From an uncultured Pseudomonadales bacterium (GTDB lineage Bacteria > Patescibacteriota > Microgenomatia > UBA1400 > PJMF01), in NCBI GenBank assembly GCA_964412775.1, contig CAYPPX010000001.1:290699-354698 (forward strand): 64,000 nt of DNA, read 5' to 3'. Made by a program: the position numbers and the translations under genes. Positions 27,548 to 37,285 of this stretch are shown piece by piece (position 1 is the first letter of the stretch; the number at the start of each line of letters is the position of its first letter). The notes under the pieces are model-generated. The model did not search any database. It was not told the DNA's origin and was given only the letters and a program-made list of their open reading frames with translations.

Positions 27548-29242
27548 ATGAATTTCTTAGTAAAACTATTTTTTTTCTTAATTTTCTTTTTTTGTCCAGA
27601 TTATGTTCGTGCTTCTAGTGAAAAATGGTCTATTGTTAATGCTAATGAAGTAGTTGATTGGCAAGTGACTGAAAATCAAATTATTGGTCAAATGTGGCAA
27701 CCAGTTGGTCAGAGTTTTTTAGTTACTAAGGCCGAATATTTTCAGGTAACTGCAGATTTTATTTGGCAAGTAGAGCTAAAACCTGAACAAGGTTTAGATC
27801 ATAATTTAGTTTGGGGATTTATTGATGATGATAATTACTATCAATTGCATTTGGCTGGTGGAGCGATTTGGGTGAATCGATTTATTGGTGGGCAAGAGAT
27901 GCTGGCTAGAGGGATTAATTTTTCTTGGAAGTTAGGTGAGGCTTATTTACTAAAGATTAAAAGAGCGAATGGTTTATTGAGTATTTGGTTAGATAACTAT
28001 GAGATTTTTCATTTCTATGATTGGACTTATAGTGAAGCTAGTAGTTTGGGTAACTGGGGTTTTAAGTTGGCAGCTGGTGCTGTTTTTCCAGTTAAAACTA
28101 TTTTTAAAAACTCAATCTTTTTGGAAACTGATTTTTTGGTTTTACCCATTAAAAAGTTTTTACAAATTGACGAAATTTGGGCGGCAGAAGTTTATGACCA
28201 AGCTACTAACTGGAGTGAACGGCCAATTATTGGTCGTTGGGGTTGTGCTTTGACTTCAGTGGTGATGATCCTTAATTATCATGGTTTTGAGTTTTTTGCA
28301 GATGGTTCAGAATTAAACCCTGAAACTTTGAACCAATGGTTAAAACAACAACCAGATGGTTATATTTACCCTGGTTTGGTTAATTGGTGGGCAATAACCA
28401 GGTTAGTTAGCCAATTGAGTGATGAAAATCAGGCTTTAAATTTACCTAAACTGGAATTTTCAGTCATTAAAGAAAATATTTTTACTAATCTTGAATTACT
28501 CATTCGATCTAAATTACCAGTCATTGCTCAAGTACCCAGTCATTTTGTCGTGGTAAATGGATTGGTAGAGGGAAAAGATGATTTTTTAGTAACTGATCCG
28601 TTAGCAATAACTGCCCAGCTGAGTGAGTATGAAAAAACCCTATCTTTAAGAGTTTTTCAACCAAGTTTTACTGACTTAAGTTATCTTGTAGTTGCTCATT
28701 CTCCCAATACTGTTGTATCTATAAAAGACGTCAATGGAGCGATAGTTAACTCAACAGTAATTACTGAGCAACTAGCAACTGAACTTGAACCAGTTGTTTT
28801 AACTACTTTGGCTAAACCAATAGAGCAAACCTATTATTTTGAGTTTAGCAATTTTGATCAGGATTTATTACCAATAATCTACGTTTATAGTTCCACTGCA
28901 ACTTTGACTAAATTTAATTTAGAAAAAAATAATTTAGTTCAGCAAAAAATTCTTTTAAATTTTAAAAAAAATAATATTTCAACCTTAAACTATTTGTATA
29001 GTTGGGAAGATTTTTTACAATTAGTTGAAAAATTTTTTCAGCAACATAAAATTACTTTAGTTGCTAAGAATAGGCTTGTTGAGAGGGTTAATCTAATTAA
29101 ACAAGCTGATACAGACAAGAATAAACAACGACATCAACAATATCTTTTGAATTTAATAAATTTTTATCAGCACTTTAATAATGATAAAGTAATTAATGAG
29201 CTTAAAAAGATTGCTACTTTTTTAGTAGCTCAGCCAGAGTAA
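27548..29242 (+). CDS. Secreted protein with a C39-like (papain-fold) peptidase domain.
   Basis: It has a signal peptide (MNFLVKLFFFLIFFFCPDYVRA). RWGCALTSVVMILNYHG matches the Peptidase_C39_2 motif CGPxSLxMVLxYxG. Confidence 0.5.
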   Translation: MNFLVKLFFFLIFFFCPDYVRASSEKWSIVNANEVVDWQVTENQIIGQMWQPVGQSFLVTKAEYFQVTADFIWQVELKPEQGLDHNLVWGFIDDDNYYQLHLAGGAIWVNRFIGGQEMLARGINFSWKLGEAYLLKIKRANGLLSIWLDNYEIFHFYDWTYSEASSLGNWGFKLAAGAVFPVKTIFKNSIFLETDFLVLPIKKFLQIDEIWAAEVYDQATNWSERPIIGRWGCALTSVVMILNYHGFEFFADGSELNPETLNQWLKQQPDGYIYPGLVNWWAITRLVSQLSDENQALNLPKLEFSVIKENIFTNLELLIRSKLPVIAQVPSHFVVVNGLVEGKDDFLVTDPLAITAQLSEYEKTLSLRVFQPSFTDLSYLVVAHSPNTVVSIKDVNGAIVNSTVITEQLATELEPVVLTTLAKPIEQTYYFEFSNFDQDLLPIIYVYSSTATLTKFNLEKNNLVQQKILLNFKKNNISTLNYLYSWEDFLQLVEKFFQQHKITLVAKNRLVERVNLIKQADTDKNKQRHQQYLLNLINFYQHFNNDKVINELKKIATFLVAQPE

Positions 29243-29822
29243 TACTGTCTTTATCTCTTTGAGAAATAATCATTTGGTCACGGTCAATTGGCCATTGAAG
29301 ATTTAGCTCTGGGTCAAAAATTGAAATAGCTTTATCTCCAGCTAAATCTCGATCTTCATAGAAAGCATCAACGGCGTAATGATAAAGCAGTGGTCCTTCT
29401 AAAGCACAAACAGAATTGGCAACACCAGTTGGCACATAAAGGCCAGTGCCTTTTTCAGTCTCTAGACTATTATCAAATAAAAAATATTCAACTTGTTTAA
29501 AGGTTGGTGAGTTTGGCCTAATATCAGCTAAAGCTGAGAAACCCTTGCCAGTAAAAGTAGTGACCAATTTATTCCAGCCTTCTGCATGCATGCCTCGGAT
29601 AACATTGGTCTGAGATGCAGCTAAGTTAATTTGTTTAATCTCCATGACTCTACCGATAACTTTTGAGAGATTTTTTAGACCGGTGACATCAGCAAAAAAA
29701 CCACGGTCATCGTGAAATTTTTTGTATTCGATATAGAGTAAGCCGTCAATTGCTGTTGAATAAATACCAGGAGCGACTTCTTTAGCTGTAGTTGGTTGAT
29801 AAACGGTTGGCATTGTTGACAT
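29214..29822 (-). CDS. rfbC: dTDP-4-dehydrorhamnose 3,5-epimerase-like cupin.
   Basis: It has HDDRGFF, NVIRGMHAEGWNKLV, GLYVPTGVANSV and YHYAVDAFY, all typical of RmlC. Confidence 0.6.
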   Translation of the reverse strand: MSTMPTVYQPTTAKEVAPGIYSTAIDGLLYIEYKKFHDDRGFFADVTGLKNLSKVIGRVMEIKQINLAASQTNVIRGMHAEGWNKLVTTFTGKGFSALADIRPNSPTFKQVEYFLFDNSLETEKGTGLYVPTGVANSVCALEGPLLYHYAVDAFYEDRDLAGDKAISIFDPELNLQWPIDRDQMIISQRDKDSITLAELLKK

Positions 29823-29908
29823 AGGTATCTCTCTTTATTTTTTTGTAATTTTGTCTACACGTCTTTGTACTCAGGCGTGGTAAAATTCCTCTCGTAGTTT
29901 AACACAAA

Positions 29909-31132
29909 TTGAAAGAGTATATGTTTGACAAACCAGCCTTTTTATCACAACAGACTTTAGCCAAATATGCAGATGTATTGGTTAATTTTGCTTTAAATTC
30001 TGGTCATGGAGTAAAACCAGGTGAAGTAGTTAGGTTAGTTGTACCTGATGTAGCTAAGTCTTTAGCTTTAGAGTTACAAAACGCCGTGCTTAGAGCTGGT
30101 GCTCACCCAATGATGAAGTTTTTACCAACTGATTTTGATCGTGATTTTTATACTCTAGCCAACGAAGACCAGTTAAAATTTTTTCCTCGCAACTTAGGTA
30201 AAGCTCAAGTTGAAGTGATTGATCATACCCTTGGAATTTTGGCTGACCCAAATCCGGCTGAGTTAATGAATGTTGATCCAAAGAAAATTATTTTAGCTCG
30301 TGATTCAAAAAAAGCCTTGCGTGATTGGTTTGATCATAAAGAACAAGCTGGTAAATATACTTGGACAATTGGTTTGTGGGGTGTTGAAGCCAAAGCTCGT
30401 GAAGTAGGTTTGTCTTATGAAGCTTATTGGGATCAAATCATTAAAGCTTGTTATTTGGATAAGGCAGATCCAGTGGCTGAGTGGCGCAAGATTGCCCAAT
30501 TCCAAGAACATGTCAAAAAAGCTTTAAATGATATGCAGATAGAGTATGTCATAGTTAAAGGTGAAGACTTAGATCTTAAAGTCAGAATTGGCGAGAAACG
30601 TAAATGGAAGGGTGGTGAAGGTCGCAATATCCCAAGTTTTGAAATCTTTACTTCTCCAGATTGGCGTGGGACTGAAGGTTGGATTAAGTTTGATCAGCCT
30701 CTTTATCGTTATGGTCAAATTATTAAGGGGATTGAAATGAAGTTTGAGCGAGGTCATGTGGTCGCTGCCAAAGCTAAACAAGGTGATAAGTTTTTACAAG
30801 AAATGTTAAAGAGTAATAATGCTGACAAACTAGGCGAGTTTTCTTTGACTGACAAAAGGACTTCCAGAATAACTCATGTGATGGCTGAGACTTTATTTGA
30901 TGAAAATATTGGTGGCCCATTTGGCAATACTCACGTGGCCATTGGTAAGGCTTACAAAGATTGTTATTTAGATGATCCAAGTAAACTGTCTGATATTGAG
31001 TGGCAAGAGTTGGGTTATAACGATTCTGCTGAACATACAGACATGATTTCTACTAAAGATAGAGTCGTAACAGCTTTCATGAAAGACGGTTCATCCAAGG
31101 TAATTTACCAAGATGGTATGTTTACAGTGTAA
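29909..31132 (+). CDS. Aminopeptidase, peptidase family M29 (AmpS/PepS-like).
   Basis: Its N-terminus (KPAFLSQQTLAKYADVLVNFALNSGHGVKPGEVVRLV) and its length are typical of M29. Confidence 0.6.
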   Translation: MKEYMFDKPAFLSQQTLAKYADVLVNFALNSGHGVKPGEVVRLVVPDVAKSLALELQNAVLRAGAHPMMKFLPTDFDRDFYTLANEDQLKFFPRNLGKAQVEVIDHTLGILADPNPAELMNVDPKKIILARDSKKALRDWFDHKEQAGKYTWTIGLWGVEAKAREVGLSYEAYWDQIIKACYLDKADPVAEWRKIAQFQEHVKKALNDMQIEYVIVKGEDLDLKVRIGEKRKWKGGEGRNIPSFEIFTSPDWRGTEGWIKFDQPLYRYGQIIKGIEMKFERGHVVAAKAKQGDKFLQEMLKSNNADKLGEFSLTDKRTSRITHVMAETLFDENIGGPFGNTHVAIGKAYKDCYLDDPSKLSDIEWQELGYNDSAEHTDMISTKDRVVTAFMKDGSSKVIYQDGMFTV

Positions 31133-31141
31133 AATATATCC

Positions 31142-31921
31142 ATGATTTTAAAATCACAACAAGAAATAGACCAGTATACAGCCGTAGCCAAGTTATCAAC
31201 TGATATTTTGTACCAGTTACATCAGTTTACTAACGAAGGCATAACTCCACTGGAGATTGATGCTTTGGCTGACAAATTAGCTAAAGAGGTTGGAGCTAGA
31301 CCTAATTTTAAAGGTGTCGGTGGCCCAAGAAATCCTTATCAATATGCAACTTGTATTTCAGTCAATGATACGGTAGTTCATGGCATTCCGCAAAATATAG
31401 CGTTAAAACAAGGAGATTTAGTCAAAGTAGATTTTGGGATTGAAAAAGATGGTTATAACACTGACCATTGTTTTACTGTGGTGATTGGTGGTTATCTATC
31501 TGAAGAGGATGAATTATTAATGAAAATTGGTCGTAAAGCTGTGTTGAAAGCGGCTCAAGCGGCTAAGGCTGGAGTAAGAACTGGTGACCTTGGCAATATT
31601 ATGGAAAGTACAGTGATGGCCAAAGGTTTTACGGTGGCTGAAGAGTATGTCGGTCATGGAATTGGTCACACCTTACATGATGAACCTCAATTACCAGCCT
31701 GGGGTGATCCAGATACTGGGGCTAAACTCAAGGCTGGTATGGTGGTGTGTGTGGAGGCTCAAATCATCGCTGGTGATAATTTGTTATATACCGATCGTGA
31801 TGGTTGGTCAGTAAAAACTAAAGATGGTTCTAAAGCGGTGATGTTTGAATACATGGTGTTGGTGGGTGAGAACTCAGCCAAGATTTTAACGCCAACAATG
31901 GATTGGCCACTGGTTAAGTAG
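31142..31921 (+). CDS. map: Type I methionine aminopeptidase.
   Basis: It has HGIP, the metal ligands in DFGIEKDGYNTD, the HTLHDEP motif and VCVEAQI. Confidence 0.85.
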   Translation: MILKSQQEIDQYTAVAKLSTDILYQLHQFTNEGITPLEIDALADKLAKEVGARPNFKGVGGPRNPYQYATCISVNDTVVHGIPQNIALKQGDLVKVDFGIEKDGYNTDHCFTVVIGGYLSEEDELLMKIGRKAVLKAAQAAKAGVRTGDLGNIMESTVMAKGFTVAEEYVGHGIGHTLHDEPQLPAWGDPDTGAKLKAGMVVCVEAQIIAGDNLLYTDRDGWSVKTKDGSKAVMFEYMVLVGENSAKILTPTMDWPLVK

Positions 31922-31923
31922 TT

Positions 31924-32895
31924 TTACCAAACGTTTTCGCTATTATTTTTATCAATTAGTCTGACTATTGAGAGCAATAGTAGGTATTGAGTTGGCCATA
32001 ATAGGTAGGCAGCCACTGGAATTTTTAGTAAACCAATATGTTGGTATGGCCAATTAGTAAAAATCCAAACTTGAAATGGTGAGTTAGCAAACTCTACCAA
32101 GATGATACAAGCCAGGCTAGCAGCTAAAATAGCTGCTAGTGGGATAAAGTTTTTTCTAATTAAGTCCCTAGTTAGAGTTTCTTTCTTTAGGGTAAAAGCT
32201 AAATATTCGAAAAGCCAAAATAAGCTGAACCATAACAATGCAAAATAACTGATATTCACGCTGGCTGAAATGGGTTGGTCAAACTTATACCAACTAATAT
32301 TGTTTACTAAAACAAAATTAAAATAATAAATAAAACTTTGGTAAATGCCCCAAAAGCCAACCAGTAGTTGAACATGAATGGCTAATAAGTAAGTAATTTT
32401 TTGGTTTTTGCTCATTCTTCCTGGTTTAACTTTTTTATCCCAATGGTGTTTAAAAAAACGATAAAAAACAAAAAGAATTAAGCCGAATAAAATATAGCCA
32501 ATTGGAGCGAGTAAGAATAAATAAACCCATGGGCGATCAAACAGAGGGTAATACCAAAGTTTCAGTAACCATGAGCCAGTTAAATCAGAAATAAAATTCA
32601 TTAACAAACTAGCAATAACAATTTCTTTAAAGTTATTAGTCTGAGTTTTTTTTCTAGGTAAAATAGATCCTTCACCTAGTTTTCTACTAAGCCAATCTCC
32701 AATTAAAAATACACTAAACCAATTAATAAAACCTGGGATACCTTTCCAGAAATTAATTGGACCTGGGAAGGCCAAGTAGAACCATAATGTAGAGAAAAAC
32801 CCAACAAAACCAAGTAAAAATTCGTATTTATAAGTTAAGTTGAGCAGGAGCTTAAACATGTAATCATTAAACATTGAAGTTAATATGAAATGCAA
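31924..32895 (-). CDS. Hypothetical polytopic membrane protein.
   Basis: It has about 8 TM helices. No family was recognised. Confidence 0.45.
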   Translation of the reverse strand: MHFILTSMFNDYMFKLLLNLTYKYEFLLGFVGFFSTLWFYLAFPGPINFWKGIPGFINWFSVFLIGDWLSRKLGEGSILPRKKTQTNNFKEIVIASLLMNFISDLTGSWLLKLWYYPLFDRPWVYLFLLAPIGYILFGLILFVFYRFFKHHWDKKVKPGRMSKNQKITYLLAIHVQLLVGFWGIYQSFIYYFNFVLVNNISWYKFDQPISASVNISYFALLWFSLFWLFEYLAFTLKKETLTRDLIRKNFIPLAAILAASLACIILVEFANSPFQVWIFTNWPYQHIGLLKIPVAAYLLWPTQYLLLLSIVRLIDKNNSENVW

Positions 32896-32953
32896 TAAGT
32901 CAAATTTTCACACTCTGGCTAAATTAACTTTTGTGTGTATAATTATACATCTC

Positions 32954-34243
32954 ATGATGGCAAAAACCGCTAAAAAATCCCCAACTAAATCAACTAAGAC
33001 CAAAGCTCCAAAAGAGACTAAAGCTAAAGTTAGCAAAAAAGTAGTTAAAGAAGTTGTCGAAGAAGTAAAAGGGCTAGCAGAGCAACAGCTTGCTGAGCAA
33101 AAAGAGGAAATGGGTTCTCTTGAGCCATTTATTATTCGCCCTCAAAAAGAAGAAAAAACTTTACCAGATAAAACCCAAGAACAAGTTGAGGCATTATTTG
33201 TTAAAGCCAAAAAATTGGGTTATGTTACCCAAGAAGAAATTCTGGATGTGTTTGTTGAACCAGAACTTTATTTGGATCAACTAGATGATTTCTATGACCG
33301 AATTGTTCAAGCAGAAGTTGATGTTTTTGAGGCAGTATCTGAAACCAAAGAAGAAACTGATGATGATGAACTCCAGCAAGAATTAGATTTATTGAGTAGT
33401 TTGAAAAATACTGGTGTTGCTGATCCAGTCAGAATGTACCTCAAAGAAATTGGTCGGATTCCACTTTTGAATCGTGAGCAGGAAATTCGTTTAGCTCAAG
33501 AGGTTGAGGCTGGGAGTGACAAAGCCAAACAAAAATTAATCGATGCTAACTTGAGATTAGTTGTGTCTATTGCTAAAAAATATATTGGTCGTGGCATGAC
33601 TTTCTTGGATTTAATCCAAGAGGGTAATAAAGGTTTGATTAGAGCAGTCGAAAAATTCGACTGGACCAAAGGGTTTAAGTTTTCGACTTATGCCACTTGG
33701 TGGATTCGTCAAGCTATTACTCGTTCCATCGCCGATCAAGCTAGAACCATTCGTATTCCAGTGCACATGGTAGAAACCATCAACAAGCTGATGAGAACTG
33801 CTCGTCGCTTGATGCAAGACCTTGGTCGTGAACCAAGTCCAGAAGAAATTGGTGAAAAAATGGAAATGGAACCTGATAAGGTTCGGGAAATTTTGAAAAT
33901 TTCTCAAAATACTACTTCATTGGAAACCCCAGTGGGTGATGGTGAAGATGACAGTATTTTGGGTGATTTTATCGCCGATGATAAGCAAGTTTCTCCATAT
34001 GAGGCTACCAGTAAACAAATGTTGCGTGAAAATATCGAGGAAGTGTTGAGTGCCTTATCAGATCGTGAGGCCAAGGTGTTGAAGATGAGATTTGGTCTTC
34101 AAGGCAACAAAACCATGACTTTGGAAGAAGTTGGTAAAAAATTTGGTGTGACTCGTGAACGTATTCGTCAGATTGAAGCAAAAGCTCTTCGTAAGCTCAA
34201 GCATCCAAGTCGCAGAAAGAAGTTGCAAGACTTCTTAGAATAG
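32954..34243 (+). CDS. rpoD: RNA polymerase sigma factor RpoD (sigma70). The track ORF begins at 32885, but ATGATGG at 32954 is the preferred start.
   Basis: Regions 1.2 through 4 are present: [46 protein letters not shown], and the [31 protein letters not shown] basic K/T/A-rich N-terminus follows the start. Confidence 0.85.
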   Translation: MMAKTAKKSPTKSTKTKAPKETKAKVSKKVVKEVVEEVKGLAEQQLAEQKEEMGSLEPFIIRPQKEEKTLPDKTQEQVEALFVKAKKLGYVTQEEILDVFVEPELYLDQLDDFYDRIVQAEVDVFEAVSETKEETDDDELQQELDLLSSLKNTGVADPVRMYLKEIGRIPLLNREQEIRLAQEVEAGSDKAKQKLIDANLRLVVSIAKKYIGRGMTFLDLIQEGNKGLIRAVEKFDWTKGFKFSTYATWWIRQAITRSIADQARTIRIPVHMVETINKLMRTARRLMQDLGREPSPEEIGEKMEMEPDKVREILKISQNTTSLETPVGDGEDDSILGDFIADDKQVSPYEATSKQMLRENIEEVLSALSDREAKVLKMRFGLQGNKTMTLEEVGKKFGVTRERIRQIEAKALRKLKHPSRRKKLQDFLE

Positions 34244-34268
34244 ATATAATACGTAGGTTCTTTATTAT

Positions 34269-34340
34269 TCCCCTGTAGCTCAATGGCAGAGCAGGTCGCT
34301 GTTAACGACAAGGTTGTAGGTTCGAATCCTACCGGGGGAG
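34269..34340 (+). tRNA. tRNA-Asn with anticodon GUU.
   Basis: TCCCCTG TA GCTC-AATGGCA-GAGC, anticodon loop CUGUUAA, T-arm GTAGG-TTCGAAT-CCTAC and acceptor CGGGGGA+G. It resembles the 5' half of E. coli tRNA-Asn. Confidence 0.85.
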
Positions 34341-34391
34341 CAGTACTTTTTCCTCAAGGAGTTTTCATACCTAAAAGTGTAAGCTTGAACT

Positions 34392-35108
34392 TCACCACAA
34401 AAGATAATAGAAGCCTAAAACAAATAAACCTGTCACAATCTCCAGCCCAAACAATTTTTGTGGTAAGTAATCAACCAGCTTTTTTGCTAACCAAGCTCCA
34501 AGTAGTGATATAGGTATTCCTAACAACAACCAAGTAAATCTAAGCCCTGAGAGAGAGAATCCTTGTTGCCAATATGTTATCAATCGAGTGGTATCGATGA
34601 TAAAGCCAATTGCCCCAGCGGTGAACAAGTAGACAGCTTTTTTTAGACCAAAGGCATTCAGAAATGCTCCACGAATTGCTCCTCCTACGCCAAAAATTCC
34701 TGATGAAAAACCAGAAAGTAAGCCACCCACTGAGCTAGACAAATTTGTTGCTTTGAGTTTCGCTTCTGGTTTCCAGTAAAGGAAAACACAGTACAGTATT
34801 AAAAAACCACCTAGTGTTCGTTGTAAGAAATCATGTGGCACTTCAACGGTCAATCGTGCTCCTAGAAAGCCACCAATCACACCGGCCAAACCAAAGCTGA
34901 GTAACAAGGCGAGGGACTTTCCATTCCTAAAGAAGTACATTTTCCAGATATTTCCAAACCAATGAATGACTCCTACAAACAACAGTACTTCAGCAAGTGG
35001 ATAAAATAAGAGCAAAACAGGTACTAGAATTGTTGACGTGCCAAAACCAGTAATTGTTCCAGTAATTGAAACTATCAATATTCCCAACAGAATAAGTAAT
35101 TCATCCAT
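34392..35108 (-). CDS. TauE/SafE family membrane transporter (sulfite exporter-like).
   Basis: It is 238 aa with about 7-8 TM helices and Gly-rich TM motifs (GFGTSTILVP, GVGGAIRG). Confidence 0.55.
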   Translation of the reverse strand: MDELLILLGILIVSITGTITGFGTSTILVPVLLLFYPLAEVLLFVGVIHWFGNIWKMYFFRNGKSLALLLSFGLAGVIGGFLGARLTVEVPHDFLQRTLGGFLILYCVFLYWKPEAKLKATNLSSSVGGLLSGFSSGIFGVGGAIRGAFLNAFGLKKAVYLFTAGAIGFIIDTTRLITYWQQGFSLSGLRFTWLLLGIPISLLGAWLAKKLVDYLPQKLFGLEIVTGLFVLGFYYLLW

Positions 35109-35274
35109 ATTACTACTATAGCCTATTCAAATATATTGAGAAACTATGCTATAAAAAACACCCTAATTTGGTTTATAATGGCAAAATACCAATTTTTAGA
35201 CGATCTTGTTAAAATTAATTCTTCCAGAGAAAGAGAGTCTGTAAAATAAATTATTAATTAGATGACTATTTTTT

Positions 35275-35937
35275 ATGAAATTTTTTCTTGAATTAGCATT
35301 ACCATTCAAAGAACGATTGTTTATGTTTATTAGGTATTTGTCTAATCCATTTGATGAAATTATTACACCAATTAGTCAAGCAAAAAATGTCTTAGATATC
35401 GGTTGTGGACACGGCTTGTTAGAGCTTTTATTATCTCAAAAAAATTTTGTTGGTAAAGTTATTGGTATTGATCCAGATAATAATAAAATTGTTTTAGCAA
35501 AAAAAATATTCAAAGATAGTTCAAAAAAATATGTTTTTACTAATAAAAAAATTGAAGTTTTTGCTAGTGAAGCTTTAAAAAAGAAAACAAAATTTGATCG
35601 TATTGTTATTATTGATGTTGATTACTTATTAAACATTAATGAAAAAAAACAACTTATTAATAATGTGAAAAAACTGCTTAGTAAAGATGGCTTATTGGTG
35701 ATGAAAACTGTAGTTAAGAAAAAAACTTTTGGATTTTATCTTGGGTATTTGCAAGAGTTGATTACAGTTTTTCTTTTTAGAAAAACTTTTTCAACAGAAA
35801 GCAACTTTTATTTTATGAGTGTTGAACAATATGTGATGTTATTAGAAAAAAATGGTTTTCAAGTAATTACAAATAAAGATATTAGAAAAATTTATCATTA
35901 TCATCCTCATTATTTATTCTTGGCAAAGATTAAATAA
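35275..35937 (+). CDS. Class I SAM-dependent methyltransferase.
   Basis: It has motif I VLDIGCGHGLL and an acidic residue at the end of beta2 (VIGIDPD). Confidence 0.6.
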   Translation: MKFFLELALPFKERLFMFIRYLSNPFDEIITPISQAKNVLDIGCGHGLLELLLSQKNFVGKVIGIDPDNNKIVLAKKIFKDSSKKYVFTNKKIEVFASEALKKKTKFDRIVIIDVDYLLNINEKKQLINNVKKLLSKDGLLVMKTVVKKKTFGFYLGYLQELITVFLFRKTFSTESNFYFMSVEQYVMLLEKNGFQVITNKDIRKIYHYHPHYLFLAKIK

Positions 35938-37261
35938 TTTCATTTTTTGCGCCAGGATGAATTATGTGTGCATCATATTTTTTATCAAAATCTTGAAATT
36001 TTTGATATCTAAGGTTTAGTATTGTTTCTATAAAAATAAGTACAATTTTTCTGAAAAATTTGCCATTTAGAGAATTATATGAAGAAGCCTTACTTCTAAT
36101 TTTTTTAATTTTAGTTACAGTAACCGTTTTTTCTAAAACTTTATTTATTGGTGACAAGACGTGCATGTGTTGTTCAGAGTTTAGGTAGCTGGGTTTTATC
36201 CCAGAGTCAGTTAGTTTTTTATATTGAGCTAAAAATTCATTTTTTATTTCATCCATTGATATCATGCCCAAAAATAGTCTAAATATAAATATTGGTAAAT
36301 TATAAAAATTTCCATTTTTATCAACTAAACTAGAAACTTTGTTTTTATTGGCAAGTGGTTTGCCTCTTAAAATATTAAAGTGTAATGCGCAGTTAATTTT
36401 TGATTGTCTTTTTTTAAGTTTAGATAAGTCTTTTTTTTCTACTAGGTTTGCCATAATGGACACAATATCAACTAATTGATGATCTATATTATTAATAATT
36501 GACTTATTAACCTTGTTTGAAATTCCATAATCATCAGCATCAACTAAGTTAGATATAAAAACTTTTCTTGAAAAATATTTTGTTTTTACGATTGAAATAA
36601 AATCTGCTAGAGTTGAAGATAATCTTCTCATACCAAAGTACCTTGATTTTCTTAATTCAGAAACTTTAATTGGTAAGTCAACAAAAATAGCTCCATTTTT
36701 TGTTAGTTTTAAAACTAATTCTGTATCAAAAAGTTCATTTTGGGTACGACATGTTTTAGCAAGATTCATTAATGTTTTTGAATTTTTAAAAGCTTTAATA
36801 CCATGAGTATCTGTTCCTGGATAATTCAAAAAAAGTCTTAAAAATACATTAAAAAAATATGTGGCTAGTTTTCTACTGGCTGTTCTTTGATCGTCACTTC
36901 CGTATAAAGTTTTTGACCCAATAACTAAATCTAGCGTATTTAAAAGGTGATTTGCTTTTTCTATAAAATCAAAATCAAAAAAATCAACATTAAAAACAAA
37001 AATCTTTTTTCCAGTAGAGTTGAGAATTCCTAGTCTAATTGCTGACCCATATGAGGGATTAGGTAGGTGTAATGCTTTAATAAAAGAAAATTTATTTTTT
37101 ATTTTTTTTATTAGTTCCCAAGATTTATCAGTGCTACCATTTTCAACTAAAATTATTTCAAATGATTTATATTTTTTAGAAATATATTTGATGAAAGTAT
37201 TTAATTGTTTCTCAAAATGTTTTTCTTCATTGTGAACTGGAAAAATGAAAGAAAAATTCAT
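35930..37261 (-). CDS. Family 2 glycosyltransferase (Dpm1/polyprenol-phosphate sugar synthase-like) with a C-terminal domain of about 200 aa of unknown function.
   Basis: The N-terminus reads FSFIFPVHNEEKHF...EIILVENGSTDKS. The C-terminal half was not recognised. Confidence 0.6.
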   Translation of the reverse strand: MNFSFIFPVHNEEKHFEKQLNTFIKYISKKYKSFEIILVENGSTDKSWELIKKIKNKFSFIKALHLPNPSYGSAIRLGILNSTGKKIFVFNVDFFDFDFIEKANHLLNTLDLVIGSKTLYGSDDQRTASRKLATYFFNVFLRLFLNYPGTDTHGIKAFKNSKTLMNLAKTCRTQNELFDTELVLKLTKNGAIFVDLPIKVSELRKSRYFGMRRLSSTLADFISIVKTKYFSRKVFISNLVDADDYGISNKVNKSIINNIDHQLVDIVSIMANLVEKKDLSKLKKRQSKINCALHFNILRGKPLANKNKVSSLVDKNGNFYNLPIFIFRLFLGMISMDEIKNEFLAQYKKLTDSGIKPSYLNSEQHMHVLSPINKVLEKTVTVTKIKKIRSKASSYNSLNGKFFRKIVLIFIETILNLRYQKFQDFDKKYDAHIIHPGAKNEII

Positions 37262-37285
37262 AATATTTTGTTAACTAGTTTATTT

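Noticed and set aside
34283-34513. A 76-aa plus-strand ORF.
   Set aside because: It starts inside tRNA-Asn (34269-34340) and runs antisense into the TauE gene.
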